Of a DNA stretch of 33,530 bases, positions 1 through 6,662 are shown piece after piece (the stretch's first letter is position 1; every line of letters begins with the position of its first letter). Both the position numbers and the translations under genes were made by a program. The stretch is from Patescibacteria group bacterium (lineage in GTDB: Bacteria; Patescibacteriota; UBA1384; CAILIB01), in NCBI GenBank assembly GCA_022842085.1, contig JALHQF010000001.1:1-33530 (forward strand), read 5' to 3'. Below the pieces are notes generated by a model. It made no database searches. It was not told the origin of the DNA and saw only the letters and a program-made list of their open reading frames with translations.

Positions 1-932
1 ACATCTTTAGAGATTTTCTCAATTTCCGTTTCGTAGAGGCTATTGGACACTACGCCCTTTGAGGTAGCAAACGCTTCGAGCACCGGCACACCGGCCTCCA
101 TCAACGAGGCGAAGGTCTGTGTAAAGCGGGCGAGAATTGCTTTGCGAATAAAGCTGCCAAGCACCGGAAATCGCAGCTTAAGTCGGTCAGCAATTGCCCT
201 GCCTCGCGCCGTCTTTACCCAGGCCTTGTACCCGTACACCACGCCTCCACCAATGAGGATGAGCAGCCACCACTTCGTGATAAAGATGTCCGAGAGCGCC
301 AGCAGAAAACGTGTTGTGGCAGGTAGCTTTACGCCTGCCCCGCTAAAGAGCCCCACAAGCCTGGGTAGGATGAAGGTAATCACCAGGATGATCACCGATA
401 CCATGAGCACCGAGATTACGGCCGGGTACATGAGCGCACCACGCACCTTACCTTTGAGGTCGTACTCTTTCTGCTGCTGCACCGAGAGCTTCTTGAGGAT
501 GTCGGCCATGTTACCGGTGCGCTCCGACGATTTCACCATCTGCGCGTATACGTAGGAGAAGCACTTTGGGTGCTTTGTCAGTGCTTCCGAGAACGGCAAG
601 CCGCCTTCTACATCGGTTACCACCAAGCTCAGTACACCGCGCAGCTGCTTACTATCGGTTTCATCGCGCAGGCTCTTGAGAGCGTTTACCAGGGTCACAC
701 CCGCGTTGAGCATTACCGAGAGCTGTTCGGTAAAGATAATGCGCTCTTTCAGCTTGAGCTTGTAGCCACCCTTAGGAGCACCCGAGATCTTCCCCTGCTC
801 TTCTTCGAGCTTCGTAACGGTACCTCCAAGCGCCTTGAGCTTATCGAGAGCATCCTCGCGAGAAGGAGCCGTAACCGTTCCGGCTTGCGGCTTCTCCCCA
901 TCCTTCTTTACGACGTAGCGGTACGTTGCCAT
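1..932 (-). CDS. pilC: Type IV pilus / type II secretion platform protein, PilC/GspF family (partial; C-terminus runs off the left window edge)
   Basis: Absent from the supplied ORF track because it is open at the window edge. My reverse-strand translation from ATG at 932-930 reads MATYRYVVKKDGEKPQAGTVTAPSREDALDKLKALGG...ERIIFTEQLSVMLNAGVTLVNALKSL...GGLPFSEALTKHPKCFSYVYAQMVKSSERTGNMADILKKL...ALMYPAVISVLMVSVIILVITFILPRL. This is the typical T2SSF repeat architecture. An in-frame TGA at 939-941 bounds the start. The + strand ORFs 43..555 and 570..980 are its antisense shadows. Confidence 0.9.
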   Translation of the reverse strand, partial: MATYRYVVKKDGEKPQAGTVTAPSREDALDKLKALGGTVTKLEEEQGKISGAPKGGYKLKLKERIIFTEQLSVMLNAGVTLVNALKSLRDETDSKQLRGVLSLVVTDVEGGLPFSEALTKHPKCFSYVYAQMVKSSERTGNMADILKKLSVQQQKEYDLKGKVRGALMYPAVISVLMVSVIILVITFILPRLVGLFSGAGVKLPATTRFLLALSDIFITKWWLLILIGGGVVYGYKAWVKTARGRAIADRLKLRFPVLGSFIRKAILARFTQTFASLMEAGVPVLEAFATSKGVVSNSLYETEIEKISKD

Positions 933-1004
933 CCATACTCAGTGTACGTGCTCCTTGGCATAGGATGCAAAACCTGGTAGAAAACGAAACGTTTAGGCGC
1001 TGCC

Positions 1005-1511
1005 TTGAACCTTACTGTCATGGATCAACTATTCGAAAGACCCAGAACGCCTGGGCACCTCATTCTCATCAACACAACCAGGCAGTTTCTAAGTGACCCA
1101 AACCAGGAAACTTGGGGCGAGCTCGGACTTCAGCTGGCTGCGCGCAAAGAAGATCACATACCCGAAGACGACCATGGACCCCTCCTTACACTCCTTCTGG
1201 GGGCAATATCGGTCACGAGCATGGGTTGGGTGACCCTGCCAGCCATTCTGCAAGAGTTTCTCTTGACCCAGTGGTCAAAGAGCGAACTTGAAGTCGCGCT
1301 CGGTCAAACCGACTGGTGCCTTGTCACCATTCCATGTAGTTGCGATGAACAGTGCTCCGGAGATCTGCTCATCTGCAAAACGTCGGTGTTCCCAGACTTT
1401 GTTACACCAGAGCAGCGCGGCAGGTACGTTGCCCACCAGCGAAACCTGGTCACGACCCGTCTTGAAGAAGACCTGTTTAGGGTGATGTCCATGATGACTG
1501 CCCACAAGTAA
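1005..1511 (+). CDS. Hypothetical cytoplasmic protein with a Cys cluster (CLVTIPCSCDEQCSGDLLIC); no recognisable family
   Basis: It is the only long ORF in the 600-bp gap between pilC and pilB, and it lies on the opposite strand. The track start is TTG at 1005; the first ATG is at 1020 (MDQLFERP...). No TM segment or signal peptide. Codon choice (aga, agg, cta, ata used) looks different from the neighbours. It ends 3 nt before a perfect hairpin. Confidence 0.5.
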   Translation: MNLTVMDQLFERPRTPGHLILINTTRQFLSDPNQETWGELGLQLAARKEDHIPEDDHGPLLTLLLGAISVTSMGWVTLPAILQEFLLTQWSKSELEVALGQTDWCLVTIPCSCDEQCSGDLLICKTSVFPDFVTPEQRGRYVAHQRNLVTTRLEEDLFRVMSMMTAHK

Positions 1512-1513
1512 CC

Positions 1514-1535
1514 AGCACCCCCTCACGGGGGTGCT
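1514..1535. terminator. Perfect 9-bp stem hairpin between convergent ORF 1005..1511 and pilB
   Basis: agcaccccc (1514-1522), loop tcac, gggggtgct (1527-1535). It sits between the stop at 1511 (+) and the stop at 1538 (-). There is no clear U-tract on either side. Confidence 0.55.
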
Positions 1536-1537
1536 TC

Positions 1538-3517
1538 CTATTCCCTGCTCACGCGCCAGACTTCCTCAATGGAGGTAAACCCGCGCAGCACCTTCATGAT
1601 GCCGTCCATCTGCATGGTCATCATGCCGTCCTTAATGCTCTGTTCGGTAATACGCGTGTTGCTCTCGCGGTTCAGTACCAGCTGCTGTACGTGCTCATTC
1701 ACATCCAGCACCTCGGTAACGGTAAGGCGCCCCTTGTAGCCCGTGCCATTACACTTGTCACAGCCCTTACCACGGTAGAAGTGAATGCCCTCTTTCTGGG
1801 CGAGCTTCTTCCCCTCAGCAGGCATGCTGTCGATAATGTCCTTTACCTCTTTAAGGGTACCTGCATCGGGCTTGTACTCCTCTTTACACTCTTGGCAGAT
1901 ACGCCGTGCAAGGCGCTGCGCCACCACCGTGTGAATGGAACTCGTAAGGAGGAACGGCTCCACACCCATGTCGATGAGACGCGGGAAGGCGCCACCTGAG
2001 TCGTTGGTGTGGAGCGTGGAGATCACAATGTGTCCCGTAAGAGCAGCATTCACCGCCATATCGGCCGTTTCATGGTCGCGGATTTCACCAAGCATCACGA
2101 TGTCCGGGTCTTGCCGGACCACTGCGCGCATTCCGGTACCAAAGGAGTAGCCAATCTCGTGGTGCACCTGGCTCTGGTTGATCCCTTCAATTTGGTACTC
2201 CACCGGATCCTCTAGGGTGAGGATGTTTACGTCTGGCTTCATGAGCTTGCCGAGCACAGCGTAGAGCGTCGTGGTTTTACCAGAGCCGGTAGGTCCGGTT
2301 ACCAGGATCATGCCGTGGCTACGCTCCATGTTGCGCGTGAGCACCGCGTAGTTGCGATCGATAATACCGGTGTCCTCAAGCGCCAGGATACCCACCGATT
2401 TGTCCAGGATACGCATTACGATCTTCTCCCCAAACACAATCGGAATTGTAGAGAAGCGGAAGTCGATGCGTCGCCGCTCAATGTTCACGCTAAAGCGGCC
2501 GTCCTGCGGCAGGCGCTGCTCGTCGATCTTGAGGTTGGCGAGAATCTTAAACCGCGCCGTAATGGCCTGCTGCACCTCTTTGGGCAGCTCCACCTTCTGT
2601 ACCAAGATACCGTCGAGGCGAAAGCGCACCACCACGCGACGCTCGTAGGGCTCGATGTGGATGTCTGAGGCCTTCTCCTTTACCGCACGCTTGAGGATAG
2701 AGAATACGATGTGAGCCGTCGGGGCAGAGTCGTCGTCTACCCCAACCTCTTCATTGGCAGCAGCTTGGACATCCTTCTTAGAGATGAAGTCTCCTGCTGC
2801 TACAAGGTCCTGCACCTCGCTGGCAAACCCAGTATACTGGTCCAGTATCGCGTTGATGCCATCCTTGGTAGCGAGCGCCGGCTTGATAACAAGGCCGGTT
2901 TGCTTACGCATCGACTGGATGATGTCGAAGTCGTCCGGGTTGGTCATTGCCACCGTCAGGACACCTTCTTCAAGCTCAATTGGCACTGCACCGAGCTTTT
3001 GGGCGAGTTCGATCGGGACGAGCTCGAGCACCTCCTTCTCTACCCTCACCGAGCCAAGGTCGAGGAATTCGATAAACGATTCACGTCGCGGAACATCTGG
3101 GAGAGCTGCCTCAGCCTCGGCAGCTGCAAGTGTGTTCTCGGCTTCTTTCATGGTTTTGGCCGCATCTACGGCCGCAGCGATCTCATCATCCTCCTCGTCT
3201 TCACTTTCACTTACCGCTACAAAGAGCTCAGGATGATCCTTCTGAGCTTGTACCACAGCCTTGACCAGCCTTGCCGCAGGTTCATACACCACGTCTAGCT
3301 CTGGAAGCACTACCTTATCACCCTCAATGGCGCCCGTAGTGGTTTCGGTGCTAAACACCCCAAGCTCGGGCACCTGCACCTTCTCGCCTACCTCCAGCTC
3401 ACGTTGGAGGATTTCTACAAAAGCCTTAATAAGCTCTTCCGCCTGTTTTGGCGTGAGCTTTCCACTGCCGCCCAGCTGGGCGATAAGGTCTTTCTGTGTG
3501 AGCCCCTCAACTGCCAT
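1538..3517 (-). CDS. pilB: Type IV pilus assembly ATPase PilB (GspE family) with an extra N-terminal HU/IHF-like domain
   Basis: T2SSE N-terminal domain (FIEFLDLGSVRVEKEVLELVPIELAQKLGAVPIELEEGVLTVAMTNPDDFDIIQSM). Walker A is GPTGSGKTTT, Walker B/Asp box is DPDIVMLGEIRD, and the His box is TGHIVISTLHTND. Tetracysteine zinc motif CQEC...CDKC. Residues about 4-90 resemble HU, followed by an acidic linker SESEDEEDDE. Confidence 0.93.
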   Translation of the reverse strand: MAVEGLTQKDLIAQLGGSGKLTPKQAEELIKAFVEILQRELEVGEKVQVPELGVFSTETTTGAIEGDKVVLPELDVVYEPAARLVKAVVQAQKDHPELFVAVSESEDEEDDEIAAAVDAAKTMKEAENTLAAAEAEAALPDVPRRESFIEFLDLGSVRVEKEVLELVPIELAQKLGAVPIELEEGVLTVAMTNPDDFDIIQSMRKQTGLVIKPALATKDGINAILDQYTGFASEVQDLVAAGDFISKKDVQAAANEEVGVDDDSAPTAHIVFSILKRAVKEKASDIHIEPYERRVVVRFRLDGILVQKVELPKEVQQAITARFKILANLKIDEQRLPQDGRFSVNIERRRIDFRFSTIPIVFGEKIVMRILDKSVGILALEDTGIIDRNYAVLTRNMERSHGMILVTGPTGSGKTTTLYAVLGKLMKPDVNILTLEDPVEYQIEGINQSQVHHEIGYSFGTGMRAVVRQDPDIVMLGEIRDHETADMAVNAALTGHIVISTLHTNDSGGAFPRLIDMGVEPFLLTSSIHTVVAQRLARRICQECKEEYKPDAGTLKEVKDIIDSMPAEGKKLAQKEGIHFYRGKGCDKCNGTGYKGRLTVTEVLDVNEHVQQLVLNRESNTRITEQSIKDGMMTMQMDGIMKVLRGFTSIEEVWRVSRE

Positions 3518-3523
3518 AGGACT

Positions 3524-3529
3524 AGGGTA
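3524..3529 (-). promoter_or_regulatory. Candidate -10 hexamer TACCCT, 6 nt upstream of the pilB ATG (leaderless-type)
   Basis: The reverse strand reads G TACCCT AGTCCT ATG. It belongs to the recurring TAnnnT-N6-8-start pattern. Confidence 0.4.
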
Positions 3530-3545
3530 CCACGCCGCGTTTCGC

Positions 3546-3551
3546 TAAGCT
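3546..3551 (+). promoter_or_regulatory. Candidate -10 hexamer TAAGCT, 6 nt upstream of the dnaX ATG (leaderless-type)
   Basis: TAAGCT TGGGCT ATG. There is no Shine-Dalgarno sequence in the 40-bp pilB/dnaX divergent spacer. Confidence 0.4.
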
Positions 3552-3557
3552 TGGGCT

Positions 3558-5006
3558 ATGCCCATTTCGCGCGACGCTCGTCCAACTCGCTTTGCCGACC
3601 TGCTGGGTCAGGAGCTCGTACGCGATACGCTTCAGCGAGCACTCGCTTCAGGTAAACCTGGGCAAGCCTACCTCCTGCACGGACCACGCGGTACAGGCAA
3701 GACCTCTACGGCACGCCTTCTAGCGCGCGCACTCTGCTGCGAATCACCAACTACGAAGGGTGGCTTCGAGCCATGTGGGGCCTGCGCCGCCTGCCTGGCC
3801 ATCCAAAACGAGCAGGCAACGGACGTGCTCGAGATGGACGCCGCGAGTAACCGTGGAATCGACGACATCCGCAGCTTGCGTGACTCGGTCCGCTATCCCC
3901 CCGTGCAGCTGAAGCGACGTATTACCATCATTGACGAGGTACACATGTTGACCGTCGATGCATTTAACGCGCTGCTCAAAACACTCGAAGAACCGCCGGC
4001 TCACGCGACGTTTATCCTCGCCACCACCGAGCTCCACCGCGTACCGGTGACTATTCGATCTCGCTGTCAGATTCTGCCCTTCAGCCTGCTTTCAAAAGAG
4101 GTAATTGCCGAAAAGCTCGATCGCCTTGTCGCAAGCGCCGGCAAGCAAGCCACACCAGATGCCCTCGCACTCATTGCCGAGCATGCAGCAGGCGGCATGC
4201 GTGACGCAGAGTCGCTCCTTGAGTCGCTGCTGGCACGAAGCGATACATTGACCCTCGATATAGTTCGTACTGACCTTGGCCTCCCTGAGGCATCCCGTCT
4301 CACTGAGCTCTTTGCCGCCCTCGCAAACGGCGACAGCACAGCAGCCTACACCCACCTGCGTAGTGGCACAGCTGATGTAGTGCTCGCCGAGCTCCTCCGC
4401 ATGACACGCAGGGAGCTTGAGCTGCAGCCATCCCCAGTGCTCGGTCGATTGCTAGAGGTGCTTCTCGAGGCCAGCATCTTGCAGCGCGCTGCACCCGACC
4501 CCTGGATTCCGCTCGAAGTTGCCTGTTGGAAACTCGCAGCTACACAGCAAGGCACTCCAAAACGTGCAGCCCCAAAGCCAACCGAAGCGCTCCCACTCAC
4601 TGTTGTAGAGGTGGCACCTAAAGCGGCTACACCACCTCAACCAGAAGTTCCCGTTGTGGAACTGCAGCCATTTATTGAAAAGGATGTGCGCAAGGCCTGG
4701 GCAGAAACTGCCAAGCGCATTGGGCGAAGCAATCCACTCCTCGGCCAGCTCCTTCGAGAAGCCGAGCTCTACACCGCAGATGGCTCCCTACTCACGGTGC
4801 GCTGTCGGTTGAAGCTGCACGTAGAGAAACTCCAGGGAAAACAGCTACAAGCTAAGATCCTCGAGCTCATGGACGAGCTCACTCAGGGTAGCTGGCAGCT
4901 CTTAGCTATCCACCAGCCAAACTTGCCAAAGCGTCCGGCAACGAACGCACTCAGTGGGGAGGCAAGCTCGACAGCCGCGGCAGTATTCGGTACACAGAAC
5001 GTATGA
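3558..5006 (+). CDS. dnaX: DNA polymerase III subunit gamma/tau
   Basis: Walker A is LLHGPRGTGKTS. Zn module CGACAAC. DEVH box IIDEVHMLT. NALLKTLEEPP, then sensor SRCQ. Confidence 0.93.
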   Translation: MPISRDARPTRFADLLGQELVRDTLQRALASGKPGQAYLLHGPRGTGKTSTARLLARALCCESPTTKGGFEPCGACAACLAIQNEQATDVLEMDAASNRGIDDIRSLRDSVRYPPVQLKRRITIIDEVHMLTVDAFNALLKTLEEPPAHATFILATTELHRVPVTIRSRCQILPFSLLSKEVIAEKLDRLVASAGKQATPDALALIAEHAAGGMRDAESLLESLLARSDTLTLDIVRTDLGLPEASRLTELFAALANGDSTAAYTHLRSGTADVVLAELLRMTRRELELQPSPVLGRLLEVLLEASILQRAAPDPWIPLEVACWKLAATQQGTPKRAAPKPTEALPLTVVEVAPKAATPPQPEVPVVELQPFIEKDVRKAWAETAKRIGRSNPLLGQLLREAELYTADGSLLTVRCRLKLHVEKLQGKQLQAKILELMDELTQGSWQLLAIHQPNLPKRPATNALSGEASSTAAAVFGTQNV

Positions 5007-5323
5007 GTGAGCACGAGCATATATCGACCGTCGAGGTAGACCGAGACGCTTGCCTTACCGCCGCGATTTGCCTTGCCTACCAGCTCTACGAGCTCGACGA
5101 TGAGGGTAAGGCAGTGCTCCTCACGAGCAACGGCTCAAACAGCGACGACCCTGCAAACGAGCTTCAAACCGGCGGTCGAGTTGCCATTGAGCACCTCGCA
5201 AATCCCGAAGGCTGGGACGCCGACGAAATGCGTGCTCGAGTGCTCGAGTCAGCCAAGGCCTGCCCATTTAACGCGATTATCGTGCGCGACACCGCAGGCA
5301 AGGTTGTCTGGCCCCCGGCCTAG
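5003..5323 (+). CDS. Small ferredoxin-like protein (single-cluster type, C-x5-C ... CP)
   Basis: VDRDACLTAAICLAYQLYELDDEG ... AKACPFNAIIV fits the single-cluster ferredoxin pattern vD.d.C.....C....f.ldd.G...CP..AI. The start overlaps the dnaX stop (ATGA at 5003-5006). Confidence 0.55.
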   Translation: MSEHEHISTVEVDRDACLTAAICLAYQLYELDDEGKAVLLTSNGSNSDDPANELQTGGRVAIEHLANPEGWDADEMRARVLESAKACPFNAIIVRDTAGKVVWPPA

Positions 5324-6120
5324 AACCTCAGCTCGAGGCTTACCGGACAGTGGTCTGAACCCATAACGCTCGGGTGCACATTCGCACCCTTTACCTGTTC
5401 GCGAAGCACCGCCGACACGAGGAAGTAATCGATTCTCCAGCCGATGTTGCGCTCCCGCGCGTTCGCAAAGTGGCTCCACCAGGTATAGAGCGCCGGAGTT
5501 TCAGGCTCGAACATCCGGAGCGTGTCGATGAAGCCCGCGTCGATGAACGCTTGAAAACCCGCCCGCTCCTCATCGGTAAAGCCCTTCTTCCCTCGGTTTG
5601 CCTTAGGGTTTGCAAGGTCTATTTCCCTGTGAGCAACGTTGAGATCTCCGCAAAAGACGACTGGTTTCTCCTGCTCAAGCCGCTGGCAGTACGCCAGAAA
5701 AGCGGGGTCCCAGTGCTTATGCCGAAGGGGTACGCGACTGAGATCATCTTTGGCGTTTGGCGTGTAGACCGTTACCAGGTAGAAGTGCTCGTATTCGGCC
5801 ATCAGCACACGGCCTTCGGCGTTTGGGTGACCGTAGCCGTCGTCTTCGATCCGGTGTGCTTTGGCAATATCCTCTGGAAGATCGGCAACTACCCGCAAGG
5901 GCTGAGCCTTGGTGTAGATGGCTGTGCCCGAGTACCCCTTGCGCTGGGCTGAGTTCCAAAACTCGTAGTAATCAGGCAGGTCAACTATCGCCTCGCCAGG
6001 CTGGGCCTTCGTCTCTTGCAGACAGAGGATGTCGGGATTGTGAGCAGCGACAAATGGGAAAAAGAGCTCCTTGCGTAGGACGGCTCGAATTCCGTTGACG
6101 TTCCAGGACATGAGCTTCAT
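5320..6120 (-). CDS. xth: Exodeoxyribonuclease III (AP endonuclease)
   Basis: MKLMSWNVNGIRA ... DILCLQETK ... FCGDLNVAH ... WWSH ... GWRIDYF ... SDHCPV. These are the complete ExoIII/EEP motifs. Confidence 0.93.
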   Translation of the reverse strand: MKLMSWNVNGIRAVLRKELFFPFVAAHNPDILCLQETKAQPGEAIVDLPDYYEFWNSAQRKGYSGTAIYTKAQPLRVVADLPEDIAKAHRIEDDGYGHPNAEGRVLMAEYEHFYLVTVYTPNAKDDLSRVPLRHKHWDPAFLAYCQRLEQEKPVVFCGDLNVAHREIDLANPKANRGKKGFTDEERAGFQAFIDAGFIDTLRMFEPETPALYTWWSHFANARERNIGWRIDYFLVSAVLREQVKGANVHPSVMGSDHCPVSLELRF

Positions 6121-6126
6121 AGCCCC

Positions 6127-6132
6127 ATCCTA
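6127..6132 (-). promoter_or_regulatory. Candidate -10 hexamer TAGGAT, 6 nt upstream of the xth ATG
   Basis: The reverse strand reads GC TAGGAT GGGGCT ATG, inside the 27-bp mscL-xth gap. Confidence 0.4.
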
Positions 6133-6147
6133 GCAGGAACACGCTCC

Positions 6148-6468
6148 CTACTTTTTCTCGAGTATCGAGTCGTCTTTGAAGATCGCCTTCGCGGCAACGT
6201 AGACCACGAGTGCAATGATCAAGAAGTTAATGACCGCATCAATCACCTCTCCAACCATAAACTGCTGGCCACGTACGGTGTAGGAAAGCTCCGCAAGGCT
6301 TTGCGTCGGGTTAACTAGGCCGATGAGCGGGGTGATCAGTCCACTCACAATCTTATCGATGATACCGCTCACAGCGGTGGCCAGCACGAAGGCGATAGCA
6401 ACCGGAACAACATTGTACTGCTTGATAAAGGCCATAAAGCCTTTGGCTTGAGCGAGTGTTTTTGGCAT
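6148..6468 (-). CDS. mscL: Large-conductance mechanosensitive channel (short form)
   Basis: FIKQYNVVPVAIAFVLATAVSGIIDKIVSGLITPLIGLV parallels E. coli MscL ([39 protein letters not shown]). A second TM segment is FLIIALVVYVAAKAI. Confidence 0.88.
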   Translation of the reverse strand: MPKTLAQAKGFMAFIKQYNVVPVAIAFVLATAVSGIIDKIVSGLITPLIGLVNPTQSLAELSYTVRGQQFMVGEVIDAVINFLIIALVVYVAAKAIFKDDSILEKK

Positions 6469-6475
6469 AGGTTAG

Positions 6476-6481
6476 ATAGTA
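6476..6481 (-). promoter_or_regulatory. Candidate -10 hexamer TACTAT, 7 nt upstream of the mscL ATG
   Basis: The reverse strand reads AC TACTAT CTAACCT ATG. Confidence 0.4.
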
Positions 6482-6539
6482 GTCCTACGCTTACGCTAGC
6501 ACTCGCAGCCTGGCTGACAAGGGTAGGTGCGAATCTGAA

Positions 6540-6561
6540 AATGTTGATTAAATTCAACATT
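6540..6561. promoter_or_regulatory. 8-6-8 inverted repeat AATGTTGA-N6-TCAACATT (candidate operator) in the only AT-rich intergenic region
   Basis: Perfect 8-bp arms at 6540-6547 and 6554-6561, inside the 194-bp divergent spacer between mscL and the first glucan gene. TATTAA follows at 6565-6570. Confidence 0.45.
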
Positions 6562-6662
6562 ATCTATTAATGCTCTCAGACTTAGTTTTAGCGCACTGTC
6601 CCGTTAGGCGATTTGTTTCCAGATTGCCTAACCTGTACCGTGGGTAACGAACACTGTGCACC

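Noticed and set aside
43-980. Two + strand ORFs from the track (43..555, 170 aa; 570..980, 136 aa)
   Set aside because: They are antisense shadows of a clear PilC/GspF gene on the minus strand, which the track omits because it is open at the window edge. Their translations are Ser/Arg/Thr/Pro-rich with no motifs.
2711-3298. Long + strand ORFs (195 aa, 160 aa and others at 1691-3548) inside pilB
   Set aside because: They are antisense to a strongly supported PilB gene. They have low-complexity Ser/Ala/Arg composition, typical of off-frame ORFs in GC-rich coding DNA.
3558-5006. Programmed -1 frameshift site in dnaX (A AAA AAG-type heptamer producing gamma)
   Set aside because: I scanned the gene by eye and found no A-rich slippery heptamer followed by a hairpin. 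The longest A run is 4.
6469-6662. Possible tRNA or small RNA gene, or small ORFs (6369..6560, 6560..6796), in the AT-rich spacer
   Set aside because: No cloverleaf-compatible stems or conserved T-loop/anticodon features could be drawn. The ORFs have implausible composition and overlap flanking genes. The region is better explained as promoter/operator DNA.
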